Shown here: positions 1 to 8,681 of the stretch, piece by piece | Numbering within the stretch: the stretch's first letter is position 1 | How the letters are laid out: each line of letters opens with the position of its first letter | Assembly: GCA_040770465.1 (NCBI GenBank) | Contig: JAXGJB010000046.1 | Coordinates: forward strand, 1-18,334 | Reading direction: 5' to 3' | Origin: Methanothrix sp. | Lineage (GTDB): Archaea; Halobacteriota; Methanosarcinia; Methanotrichales; Methanotrichaceae | DNA: 18,334 nucleotides | Notes under the pieces: model-generated | What the model was told of the DNA's origin: nothing | The model's input: the letters and a program-made list of their open reading frames with translations, nothing else | Database searches by the model: none | Translations under genes and position numbers: made by a program

Positions 1-1
1 A

Positions 2-3000
2 TTCTATTTGCATTATACGGTCAATTAGATCGAGACATCTTGTTCTTAATGTCTTATCGTTAGTTTGTCGATATATCCGTAAGATTAACTGGCTGATGTG
101 GATATCTGATAATGCATGACGTTCTAATTCTCGATGAGAGCTGAGAGCATCAAGATACCTCTCGCATACTTGGCAAGTAATATCAGGAACTTTGGCGGTT
201 GTCTTTTCTAATGCAGTTATCAAACTTGACCGAGTGGTATCAAACGCGCTGCTTTCAACGAACGCTTCAATCAAACCTACATACTCACCCAGCTCATCAC
301 CTTCAAATCGATCGAAGCAATTTGACGCTTCAACACGCACTTTATCGTCCGGATCATTGAAGAGTTGAATCAATTTATCTTCGCATAATGGGCGGAATTG
401 TCGGAGATTTGAGGCAAAAACTTCGGCTGAACTGAGCCTCTGTGTATCTGTGCCAGACAAACAACGGTCGGCGAGTGGTTTTGCCTCCTCTACGTACAGA
501 GAGGCCAAACAAACCTGTCTCGCCGCAATTCTTGCAGCTTCGGGTACCTCAGAAGTGAGCATTCTTTCAAGAATGGGCTTAAGACAGGAAAAATGAGTTT
601 GTAATGCATATTTTATAAAGTATTCAACATGATTGGTACCTAACAGCACATCCTCCGTCTCACAGAGCTTTTTGAATAGGCGGACTGCCAAATCTCTATC
701 ATGGACCAACACAGCTGTAAGCGTTCTGACAACCCAAGACCTAACGGCAATTGAAGGGTCTCGTACCATTCGTTCCAGTGCTGGCAGGAAGTAAAGGATA
801 CGATCCTTATCGGGATGAATCAGCTCTCTCATAGCTTCTGCCGCTCCTCCTCGTACTGAATTGATCCCTGCCATTGAAATGTCGCCGCCATAATAAAAAT
901 CACCACCCTCAGCCTTGGTCCGCCATAATTCTTTCTCAGGATCGGGATCTTCAGTTGCATACCATGACACAATATCTAAGGCTTTATCAGGCAGGGGCTG
1001 TTCAGCCAAATTGGCAATAGGTTGACAAATCCAGCGACTGCAGCGGCGATCTGGAAATCGATGGCAACGTTGGCACACCTGAAGTACTGTTTGCACATCC
1101 AGATTGGCATCAGATATGCCTCGTAAAATCGCATTGAAGTAGTATTTGTGAGTGTCATCCGGAAATTGGAGCGCTAACTCAGCAAATCGTTTTGGCTCGT
1201 TTTTTGTTTGTTTTTCCAGAACTCCAGATAACTCATATGCACCACCGATAAAAAAGTCATGATCCTTACATCCAATTTTATCTCCATGTTTATAATTATA
1301 ATGTGAAACCGCCTCTAGCCACTCTTCGTCGTTCATTTTGTCTGCTTCTGATTCTGGTATTGGAGATCTGATAAAATCTACTTTAATATTTGGATCTTGC
1401 CTCCAATCTCCAAATTTTTGGGATAATTCCTCTAATCGCTGCCATACTTGTTCGGAACGGCGCGAAGGGTTGAATCCTTCGAGTAAAACAAATTGTGCAT
1501 GACCGTACTCATAACTACCTTCTTCGCTCTTCTCCCATTCTGAATAATAATTAAGTATCATATCCTCAAGCCTTGACAACTGGACGGCAGAGCAATACGG
1601 CGTGATGGATTCTAGCAGCTCTCGCGTTGCCCAGTGAGGACTGCTGAGATAACCGGTCTCAAGACGTGTGATTTTAGCACAAAGATAATCTGTTGCATCA
1701 GAGGCAAATCTCTCGCCGTTTGCTGTATAGGCTCGAATCAATAAATATTGGATCGTTTTAAAGTCTAGATCATTAAGTAGTTCTGCAACATATTCCAAAT
1801 ACTCTGGTTTGTTTACAGCAAGGTCTGATAGGGCATTTTCCATAGCAGTTAATATCGCGTCTTTGGAATCGGCGACCCAATCATAGTGGAGATATATCCA
1901 GATGGGATCGTTGTATGGCGAATGTTCCACTGATTTTGCTGTAAATCCTATTATATGAAGCATGAAAGGTAATATTTGATTGACGAATTCAATAGGCGCT
2001 CCTTTTGCGCTAGTGAGTAGGGCTCTCTTGAAAATATCTCCTGAAATATTACCAATATCACCATTTCTAACAAATGGGTTAAACCGCCCTTGATTTAGGG
2101 CTAAAATTAAACGCCGCTTAAGATAATGTCTGATTAATTCGCAAGCCCGGTCCGGACGATTTTCGGGCAAATTAATAATCCCACTCCTAAACCAAAAATC
2201 ATCTCTCATCGGGTTCTCCGTACCTACTTTATCGAGATGACCTTCATCAATTAGTTTTAATGTCAGTTCAAAGAAGCGACGGCCAGCAGATAAATCAGAA
2301 TACTGGATTATATGCGCTAATCTATGATCCCATTTTTTTGACTGGCCAACATAGGGTTCTATAAGCTCTGATATCCTGTCAGACAGCGTTCTTTGTACAC
2401 TTATTAATAGATCACTTGCTCTAGCAACAATTTTTTCGTCATGATCTGCCAACCATATTTCTATTAATCCGAGAGAATCTAGTAGCTTGAACCAAGGCAC
2501 AGAACCGTATAAAATACGCCGTACTTCTTTTGACCGAGGATCTTCTCGATCATCAATAAACTTAGCGATGACATTCCATTCTTCTTCCATCGGGTCGGTC
2601 AATTCCTTTAGCAGAGAGAAGACGACCTTTTTCAGGTGGAAGCGGATATCTGGGCGAGTAAGCAGAGCATCTAAATGTTCAATATAGCGGTCGAATTCCA
2701 TCTCGCGCTCGTGTAAAAGAATCTGCCTAACTTGGGCACGTCTGAATAGGCGCTGTTCGTCACTCAGTAATAATGATAATATGTCTTGCTTTCTCGCGGC
2801 GAATCGACGTGCAAATGCATAATCGAAAAATCCTTCATGGAAAAATGCATATTTTCCATCATCTAATATCAAAACATGCTCGGAAGCCATCGCTCTGGCA
2901 TCATCCGGAGATTCATCAACAACATATTCTGGAGCATATAATAATTGTTTTGTGCTCATATAATCACATAGCGCATCTATGACTTGAGTCCATTGAATGG

Positions 3001-4474
3001 ATCGGCCGAGGCGCTCACGAATTACAGTCTGCTTATATTCCCAATACCCGTGATATAGATCTCTCGCCGACTTGAAATTAAGGGCATCGGTAGTTTTATT
3101 TTCTGAAATTTCTGATAGTATGCGTAAGTGAAGAGGAATTGATAGTAATTTCAGTTGGTTGGCACTCAACTTTCCTGAGTCTAAACCTAAGTCATCGACC
3201 ACACCCTTCACAGTTTCATGAGTCAGAGGTTTAATCGGCACGACGTTAAGTGTCCCTTTTTTGCCTGTTAAACGTCGCAACCGATGATCATTATCGATAT
3301 CGAATTTTCGACAGGCTAATAATAACCGTATCTGCGGATGGGCTTCAGTTTGGTTTATAATTTCATGGATGCAATCGAAAAAGCTAGGATTACGGCCAGA
3401 AGCTAAACTTACAGCATCAAGTTGGTCGATGACCAATACACAATCTCGCCCTTGAGATATCGCTGCCAGAACGTTGGCAGGTGATCCAGGTAGACCCAAT
3501 TGAGATCCAACATCTTTGGGCAGTTGAGTGGGACTCAAACGATCAACACGAAATGTTAAAACAGGCCAGCTTTGGTCGTGAAGCGCTTCTACGACTTGGA
3601 GTATAACATTACTTTTGCCAACTCCCGCTTCGCCTGAAATCAACACACCGGTATTGTTGTCTGATGAAACGAGATTATCGAGAATTGATTTTACTTCATC
3701 TCTGGGGATAGTTTCTCCTGCAATAACTTCATCGCGAAGTGGAGATAAGTAACGATCATTTTGTGCTTTGATGGCCTCCAAAACACGAGGATCTTTACTC
3801 CACTGGCAAGGGCGATAACCACGCGTCTCTAGGTGATCCCATATGTTAAAAGCTATCAACTCATGATGAACTTCACGTAGTGCAAACTGAGCCAATACAT
3901 CTTTAACATCGGCGGGATCTCCATCAACGAGTGCGGTTAAACGGTTTTCAACGACGTCACCTAGTTCCCTTTCACCAAATGTTCCCACTCTAATCCGCTT
4001 GAGCGCCTCGTAAGCATCTTCTTCATCAGCAGCCTCGCTGCGATGATAAAAATCTTCGAAATCATCCAAGGGCTTTTTAGCTTTTAGAAATTCATCTTTA
4101 AATTCCTCGAAAGACGCAGCGCCTTCGGCTTTTTCAGCCAGGTCTCGCAATTGTTGTGCATCTTGGATAGAAACGAAGACACAGTAGTTATTTTCTGATT
4201 TTTGAATTTTTGTTAAGAATCGAGTTAAAATTTTTTCACGTTCCAGATCTGCCAGCGACCAATAACCTTTGCTACTATGTTGTCTTTTAACTTGGTGATA
4301 TTCGATTTTGTCACCCGTGCGAAGCCAGAACTCAGCACCTTCACCCTCCTCGCCAGGCGGTTCCAATCTTATAGAGTCGGCATGCTCTTCCAGGACCTCG
4401 GCCATACAATATACTGTCCAAAGGCCCTCATAACGGTTGCCAAATTTGTCAGTAGCTCCACCTGGTAGAGGCAT
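2..4474 (-). CDS. Large STAND-family NTPase with N-terminal Cap4-like PD-(D/E)xK nuclease and C-terminal helical (HEAT-like) repeats; Avs-like defence protein; 3' end outside window
   Basis: Hand translation from ATG 4474 (GAGGGAG upstream; alternative in-frame ATG at 4510): MPLPGGATDKFGNRYEGLWTVYCMAEVL...IRLEPPGEEGEGAEFWLRTGDKIEYHQVKRQ. Walker A GEAGVGKS at 3634-3611, Walker B LVIDQLD at about 3436-3416, sensor LLLACRKFD, winged-helix motif FFHEGFFDYAFARRF near 2850-2800. The same frame is open at the left edge (...RTRCLDLIDRIMQIE). The ORF track lists no stop-terminated ORF in this frame, consistent with one continuous frame of at least 1491 codons. Confidence 0.85.
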   Translation of the reverse strand, partial: MPLPGGATDKFGNRYEGLWTVYCMAEVLEEHADSIRLEPPGEEGEGAEFWLRTGDKIEYHQVKRQHSSKGYWSLADLEREKILTRFLTKIQKSENNYCVFVSIQDAQQLRDLAEKAEGAASFEEFKDEFLKAKKPLDDFEDFYHRSEAADEEDAYEALKRIRVGTFGERELGDVVENRLTALVDGDPADVKDVLAQFALREVHHELIAFNIWDHLETRGYRPCQWSKDPRVLEAIKAQNDRYLSPLRDEVIAGETIPRDEVKSILDNLVSSDNNTGVLISGEAGVGKSNVILQVVEALHDQSWPVLTFRVDRLSPTQLPKDVGSQLGLPGSPANVLAAISQGRDCVLVIDQLDAVSLASGRNPSFFDCIHEIINQTEAHPQIRLLLACRKFDIDNDHRLRRLTGKKGTLNVVPIKPLTHETVKGVVDDLGLDSGKLSANQLKLLSIPLHLRILSEISENKTTDALNFKSARDLYHGYWEYKQTVIRERLGRSIQWTQVIDALCDYMSTKQLLYAPEYVVDESPDDARAMASEHVLILDDGKYAFFHEGFFDYAFARRFAARKQDILSLLLSDEQRLFRRAQVRQILLHEREMEFDRYIEHLDALLTRPDIRFHLKKVVFSLLKELTDPMEEEWNVIAKFIDDREDPRSKEVRRILYGSVPWFKLLDSLGLIEIWLADHDEKIVARASDLLISVQRTLSDRISELIEPYVGQSKKWDHRLAHIIQYSDLSAGRRFFELTLKLIDEGHLDKVGTENPMRDDFWFRSGIINLPENRPDRACELIRHYLKRRLILALNQGRFNPFVRNGDIGNISGDIFKRALLTSAKGAPIEFVNQILPFMLHIIGFTAKSVEHSPYNDPIWIYLHYDWVADSKDAILTAMENALSDLAVNKPEYLEYVAELLNDLDFKTIQYLLIRAYTANGERFASDATDYLCAKITRLETGYLSSPHWATRELLESITPYCSAVQLSRLEDMILNYYSEWEKSEEGSYEYGHAQFVLLEGFNPSRRSEQVWQRLEELSQKFGDWRQDPNIKVDFIRSPIPESEADKMNDEEWLEAVSHYNYKHGDKIGCKDHDFFIGGAYELSGVLEKQTKNEPKRFAELALQFPDDTHKYYFNAILRGISDANLDVQTVLQVCQRCHRFPDRRCSRWICQPIANLAEQPLPDKALDIVSWYATEDPDPEKELWRTKAEGGDFYYGGDISMAGINSVRGGAAEAMRELIHPDKDRILYFLPALERMVRDPSIAVRSWVVRTLTAVLVHDRDLAVRLFKKLCETEDVLLGTNHVEYFIKYALQTHFSCLKPILERMLTSEVPEAARIAARQVCLASLYVEEAKPLADRCLSGTDTQRLSSAEVFASNLRQFRPLCEDKLIQLFNDPDDKVRVEASNCFDRFEGDELGEYVGLIEAFVESSAFDTTRSSLITALEKTTAKVPDITCQVCERYLDALSSHRELERHALSDIHISQLILRIYRQTNDKTLRTRCLDLIDRIMQIE

Positions 4475-4728
4475 ATCTTCTCCCTCTTTAAAGACAATCT
4501 GAGATAACATTTTCTCGTATAAGAATGATCCCAAGATTTGTTTCTGGTGGGGATTTTTATATCACCGTACTTTCAACCCGAATCCCTTCCTTTAAAAATC
4601 ATTCGACTTTCCTCTACAGGTACACAAAACAAGTGGACAGCAATCAGGGCAATTTCACCCCCCCCTCTTGCGCCGCTTCCCTTCAGACGCCGTACATTTG
4701 AGGGCCGACAGCATCCCGCTGCCGCCCC

Positions 4729-5682
4729 TCACCCCATCTTCTCCCTCACCGGCTCCAGAATCGCGTTCAGATGCTCGACGGCGCTCTTCTTGAGGTCGAG
4801 GGGGTGCATCTTCCCGGCCAGATAGTCCGCCTCAAGGCCATCGTACCTCTCGTAGGTGACGTCTCCGCCGAACTTCTCGGGCCGCCTTATGGTGACGCTA
4901 CCCAGGCGGGGCAGGATGTGGTACTTGAAGAGCTCGGTGACGGGGTTTCCTTCGATGTCTTTTGCCGGGCAGTAGGCGGACATGATCTTCGTTCCGAGGT
5001 CCTCGGCGGAGTCGTCGACGGAGATGTAGTTCCCCTTCGAGGAGGACATCTTCCCGCCGTTGAGGCCGGAGATGATGGGGGTGTGCAGGCACACCGGCGG
5101 CTCTAGGCCGAGCCTGGGCATCTCTTCTCTTGCCAGCATGTGGATCTTCCTCTGGTCGATCCCGCCGACGGCCAGGTCGACTTTGAGGGCGGCGATGTCC
5201 ACCGCCTGCATCAGGGGGTAGATCATCTGGGATACGTGGGGGTTGTCCATGTTCCGCCCCACCTCGTCCATCGACCGACGGGCCCGGTTGAGGGTGGTGT
5301 TCCTCGCCATCTTCAGGACGTTCTTGACGTACTCAGGCTCGAGCTGGTAGTCGGTCCCGTAGACGAACTCCGTCCGTTCGGGGTCGAGGCCGAGGGCTAT
5401 GAAGCAGTCCCTGTTGTAGTCGGCCGTCGCCCTCACCTCTTCGAGGGTCCCCTTCTCGTTCAGGTAGGCGTGAAGGTCCGCCAGAAGGACGACGACCTGG
5501 AATCCCGCCTCCTGAAGGTCGATCAGCTTGTTTGCGGTGAGCATGTGGCCCATGTGGACCTTCCCGCTCGGCTCGTATCCCACGTAGGCCCTCGGCTGCT
5601 CCTTTCCCTCCATCAACGCCTTGAGCTCGTCCAGCGTGACGATCTCCTCTGCATTCCTGATCACAAGCTCAAGCCTGTCCAA
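4729..5682 (-). CDS. tyrS: Tyrosine--tRNA ligase (archaeal type)
   Basis: AYVGYEPSGKVHMGH (HIGH), YPLMQAVD, GGIDQRKIHMLARE, KMSSS; TTG start with GGTGGTGAT RBS-like sequence upstream. Confidence 0.97.
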   Translation of the reverse strand: MDRLELVIRNAEEIVTLDELKALMEGKEQPRAYVGYEPSGKVHMGHMLTANKLIDLQEAGFQVVVLLADLHAYLNEKGTLEEVRATADYNRDCFIALGLDPERTEFVYGTDYQLEPEYVKNVLKMARNTTLNRARRSMDEVGRNMDNPHVSQMIYPLMQAVDIAALKVDLAVGGIDQRKIHMLAREEMPRLGLEPPVCLHTPIISGLNGGKMSSSKGNYISVDDSAEDLGTKIMSAYCPAKDIEGNPVTELFKYHILPRLGSVTIRRPEKFGGDVTYERYDGLEADYLAGKMHPLDLKKSAVEHLNAILEPVREKMG

Positions 5683-5715
5683 CTGATATCACCACCACCC
5701 CAGAGGAGAGGGGAT

Positions 5716-5730
5716 GTATAACGCTTTTGG
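5716..5730 (-). promoter_or_regulatory. Putative BRE/TATA promoter of tyrS
   Basis: CCAAAAGCGTTATAC on the minus strand; the TATA-like box begins 39 nt upstream of the TTG start. Confidence 0.55.
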
Positions 5731-5737
5731 TTCCTTT

Positions 5738-5785
5738 GGGAAATGCTCTGGCGAATGCCTTGTGGAATGCTTTAGGGAATAGCAC
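5738..5785. repeat. Four degenerate 12-bp tandem repeats (core GAATGC-like)
   Basis: gggaaatgctct ggcgaatgcctt gtggaatgcttt agggaatagcac; AAT cores at 5742, 5754, 5766 and 5778 (exact 12-bp period). Confidence 0.6.
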
Positions 5786-5901
5786 TTCTGCCATATGCGA
5801 CGGGCGAGGCTGGGCGATGGAAGGTGAGGCTAAGGGATATGAGACGGGGGAGTGATCTATTCAAGATAAGGGTTATTAGGGACCTACGCTCTTGGGCAAT
5901 C

Positions 5902-6126
5902 GTGAAGCAGAATCAGAAGCAGAAGGGAAAGCGCGACCCTGAGCCGGAGGAGAGGCCGTCTGCCCAGAATGACGCCGACGGGTCCCGTGAGAAGACCGCC
6001 GGCCTCGTATTCTTGGCGATCCTCTTCTCCCTGGTCTTCTGGAATTCGTACTGGTTTCTCTCCAAGTTCCTGCTCCTGTTCGTCATCTTCTACGTGATCT
6101 ATCTCGGCGCGAAATCCCGGCTCTGA
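5902..6126 (+). CDS. Small membrane protein, paralog 1 of 3 (74 aa)
   Basis: GTG at 5902 is in frame with track ORF 5824-6126 and lies 29 nt after TTATTA (5873). Hydrophobic stretch GLVFLAILFSLVFWNSYWFLSKFLLLFVIFYVIYLGAKSRL. Confidence 0.7.
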   Translation: MKQNQKQKGKRDPEPEERPSAQNDADGSREKTAGLVFLAILFSLVFWNSYWFLSKFLLLFVIFYVIYLGAKSRL

Positions 6127-6181
6127 TTTTGGGCGACGCCGACAGAAAGGGTTATCAGAAGATACCGCCCACCCTTATGGC

Positions 6182-6364
6182 ATGGGTCGCAGAATGTTTG
6201 GCAGATCAGGGAGGATCCGGAGACGCGAAGAGAACATCATACTCCTGATCCTGGCCATCGTGATAGTCGCTCTCCTCTGGAACTTCATTGGGGTTATCTT
6301 CAGAGTATTCCTATTCGCCGTCGTCGTCTACCTCGTCTACCGTCTCCTTCAGAGCCGCTTCTGA
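6182..6364 (+). CDS. Small membrane protein, paralog 2 of 3 (60 aa)
   Basis: Basic N-terminus, then NIILLILAIVIVALLWNFIGVIFRVFLFAVVVYLVYRLLQSRF; TTATCA box 30 nt upstream (6152). Confidence 0.75.
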   Translation: MGRRMFGRSGRIRRREENIILLILAIVIVALLWNFIGVIFRVFLFAVVVYLVYRLLQSRF

Positions 6365-6426
6365 GATGAGGTTTGCTGGGAGAAAATGGAGAAAACGTTA
6401 TCATATCAAAGGACGGAGTCTGTTGT

Positions 6427-6609
6427 ATGACTCGCGCAATTCCGGTCCGGGCCGGGGGGAGCCGATCCCTCTTGACGAACCTGATCCTCCTGGCAGTCGC
6501 GCTGGTGGTGGCCGTGATCCTCCTTCACATCATCGGCTTTCTCGCGGGGATATTGATCTTCGCCCTGGTGGTCTACATCGTCTACCTCGTCCTTCGCCAC
6601 CGCTTCTGA
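6427..6609 (+). CDS. Small membrane protein, paralog 3 of 3 (60 aa)
   Basis: ATG at 6427, in frame with track ORF 6373-6609 and 29 nt after TTATCA (6398): MTRAIPVRAGGSRSLLTNLILLAVALVVAVILLHIIGFLAGILIFALVVYIVYLVLRHRF. Confidence 0.75.
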   Translation: MTRAIPVRAGGSRSLLTNLILLAVALVVAVILLHIIGFLAGILIFALVVYIVYLVLRHRF

Positions 6610-7222
6610 GGCGGGCCTCGATCCGCCCGGCCTCGGCGAGGTCCTCCTCGGTGTTCAGGTTGAAGAGGCTCAATAGCTCCGGATCGAGAGGACGAAGAAG
6701 CTCCACCGATACGAACTTGGCGGAGAGCCCCTCCAGAGGGGCCCTGATCCTCAGCATTCCTCTGGCCAAGGCGTCCTCGCAGGCCCGGGCCATGGTGTCA
6801 GTCCTGTAGACGGCGTGAAGGGGCTCCATGAGGTCGCCCTCCTGAACGGGGATGGCGGCGTCGTACCCCTCAGCGAGATCGAATAAAAGCTCCAACACGT
6901 CGGGGTTGAGAAAAGGGAGGTCGCAGGCCACCGCGAGGGCGCGCTCTCCCCTGGCAGCAGCCATCCCGGCGGCGAGCCCCGCCACCGGTCCGAACCCCTG
7001 AACCGGGTCGACGGTGAGCCTCGCATCGGGGACGAGAGGCTCGAGCCTCAAAAGCTGTTTTTCGTCCCTCGCCACCACCACGAGGTCGTCGACGACCCCG
7101 CCGACGATCTCGACGGTCCGCTCGATCATCGTCGAGCCGCAAAATTCTAGAAACGCCTTCTCAGAGCCGATCCTCCTCCCGGCGCCTCCGGCGAGGATCA
7201 CACAAGACCTGTGAGCTCCCAT
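6530..7222 (-). CDS. mobA: Molybdenum cofactor guanylyltransferase
   Basis: From ATG 7222: CVILAGGAGRRIGSEKA, GFGPVAGL, LAVACDLPFL, MEPLHAVY, LFNLNTEEDL. The upstream extension in the track ORF overlaps the preceding gene and looks spurious. Confidence 0.9.
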   Translation of the reverse strand: MGAHRSCVILAGGAGRRIGSEKAFLEFCGSTMIERTVEIVGGVVDDLVVVARDEKQLLRLEPLVPDARLTVDPVQGFGPVAGLAAGMAAARGERALAVACDLPFLNPDVLELLFDLAEGYDAAIPVQEGDLMEPLHAVYRTDTMARACEDALARGMLRIRAPLEGLSAKFVSVELLRPLDPELLSLFNLNTEEDLAEAGRIEARLRSGGEGRGRRCRPPGRRSISPRESR

Positions 7223-7800
7223 CCTCCCTCCTCGCAGTCCTCTCGCAGGGCTCGCAGGAGGACCGCCTCGGGGTTCGGATTCACCTCGTCGGAGGTGAGA
7301 AGGGTGTAATCGGGGCTGACCGAGGCGGTCGCTTCCATCGCCTCCTCGAATAGGGACCTCATCGACGATAGCTCCGGAGGCTTTCCGGAGGCTCCGAGCC
7401 GCTGGTATGCGAACTCCCTGGTGAACCGATTTCCGAGGATGATCAGGGTCGACTTGCCCCTCTTCGAGACCTCCGCCTTTTTCCCGGCGATCTCGACGAG
7501 GAGATAGCCTCCTGGGACGAGGTATATCCTCCTCCGCCTCTGGCTCTCGACGGAGAGCTCCGTCACCTCCCCTACAAGAACGCCACCATCTCCCCACTTC
7601 CAGACCTTCTCCCTGCCGTCCGATATCCGAATATTCGAGCCCAGCTCCTCGGCCCTCCTCCGGAGCTCTTCATCGGTCCTGATCCTGCCGCTGTAAAGCT
7701 CCTCCTCCAGGGCCTCGGCTCTGCCGAAGAAGGCGATGCTCCTTTTGTCTCCTCCTAAGATCGCCCTCTTTTTGCCGGCAAAAGCCACCACCAGCGACAA
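7198..7800 (-). CDS. Connectase / MJ0548 (DUF2121) family protein, Ntn-hydrolase fold related to proteasome beta subunits
   Basis: N-terminus (M)SLVVAFAGKKRAILGGDKRSIAF, with Ser as first residue after Met removal and a GDxR motif, then LEEELYSGRIRTDEELRRRAEELG; 200 aa; GGGAGTGAT RBS-like sequence upstream of the TTG. Confidence 0.85.
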   Translation of the reverse strand: MSLVVAFAGKKRAILGGDKRSIAFFGRAEALEEELYSGRIRTDEELRRRAEELGSNIRISDGREKVWKWGDGGVLVGEVTELSVESQRRRRIYLVPGGYLLVEIAGKKAEVSKRGKSTLIILGNRFTREFAYQRLGASGKPPELSSMRSLFEEAMEATASVSPDYTLLTSDEVNPNPEAVLLRALREDCEEGGWELTGLV

Positions 7801-7826
7801 GTCGTGATCACTCCCTCAATCGGTTT

Positions 7827-8681
7827 TTATCGATTTGATCTCGTCTTCATCTGCATCTCGGCCGCCTTCACCGTCTGGCTCATCAGAATCGAGACGGTGA
7901 GGGGCCCAACCCCTCCGGGGACGGGGGTCACGGCGGCAGCCACCAACAGGGCTTCATCGAACTCGACGTCGCCGACGGTCTTGCCTTCGACCCTGTTTAT
8001 GCCGACGTCGAAGACGTAGGCTCCAGGCTTCACCATATCCGCCTTGATGAGGCCGGGAACCCCCGCCGCCACCACCAGGACCTCGGCTTTCCGCGTGTGG
8101 GCCGCAAGATCCTTCGTGAAGACGTGGCAGACGGTGACGGTGGCGTTTCTGTTGAGCATCATCGCCGCAAGGGGCTTTCCGACGACGTTGCTGTGGCCGA
8201 CGATCACCGCCTCCTTTCCCTTCAGGTCGACGCCGAGCCTTTCCAGGGCCCAGATTATCCCTTTCGGCGTGCATGGAACGAGCCTCTCGGCCCCGGCGAG
8301 AAGAGAGCCCATGTTCATCGGGTGGAAGCCGTCCACGTCCTTTGCTGGGTCGATGGCGGCCATCGCCGGGCTTGGGTCGAGCCCGCCGGGGAGGGGGAGC
8401 TGGAGTAGGATTCCGTTTACGTCGTCCCGCTCGTTGAGCCCCCGGATAGTCTCGACGATCTCATCGATCCCCGTCCCCTCCGGGAGGTTGACGTTCTCAG
8501 ACCTTATCCCGACCCGGTCGCAGGCCGAGTGCTTGATCCGGACGTACATCGCAGAGGCGGGGTTCTCGCCGACGATGATCGTTGCAAGCCCCGGCCTTCT
8601 GCCCAGGGCCGCTAGCTCATCGACCCTCACTTTTGTCTCGGCCTCCATCTCCGAGGCGAGGGCCTTTCCGTCGATGATCAT
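7827..8681 (-). CDS. folD: Bifunctional methylene-THF dehydrogenase/cyclohydrolase
   Basis: [52 protein letters not shown]; the ATG at 8681 overlaps the glyA TGA (ATGA). Confidence 0.96.
   Translation of the reverse strand: MIIDGKALASEMEAETKVRVDELAALGRRPGLATIIVGENPASAMYVRIKHSACDRVGIRSENVNLPEGTGIDEIVETIRGLNERDDVNGILLQLPLPGGLDPSPAMAAIDPAKDVDGFHPMNMGSLLAGAERLVPCTPKGIIWALERLGVDLKGKEAVIVGHSNVVGKPLAAMMLNRNATVTVCHVFTKDLAAHTRKAEVLVVAAGVPGLIKADMVKPGAYVFDVGINRVEGKTVGDVEFDEALLVAAAVTPVPGGVGPLTVSILMSQTVKAAEMQMKTRSNR

Noticed and set aside
976-4468. Short track ORFs at 976-1158, 2487-2687, 2773-2982 and 4277-4468
   Set aside because: They are antisense or off-frame shadows of the large STAND gene.
7223-7597. 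N-terminal extension of mobA in the ORF track
   Set aside because: It is Arg/Pro-rich off-frame sequence overlapping the connectase gene; MobA motifs begin right after ATG 7222.
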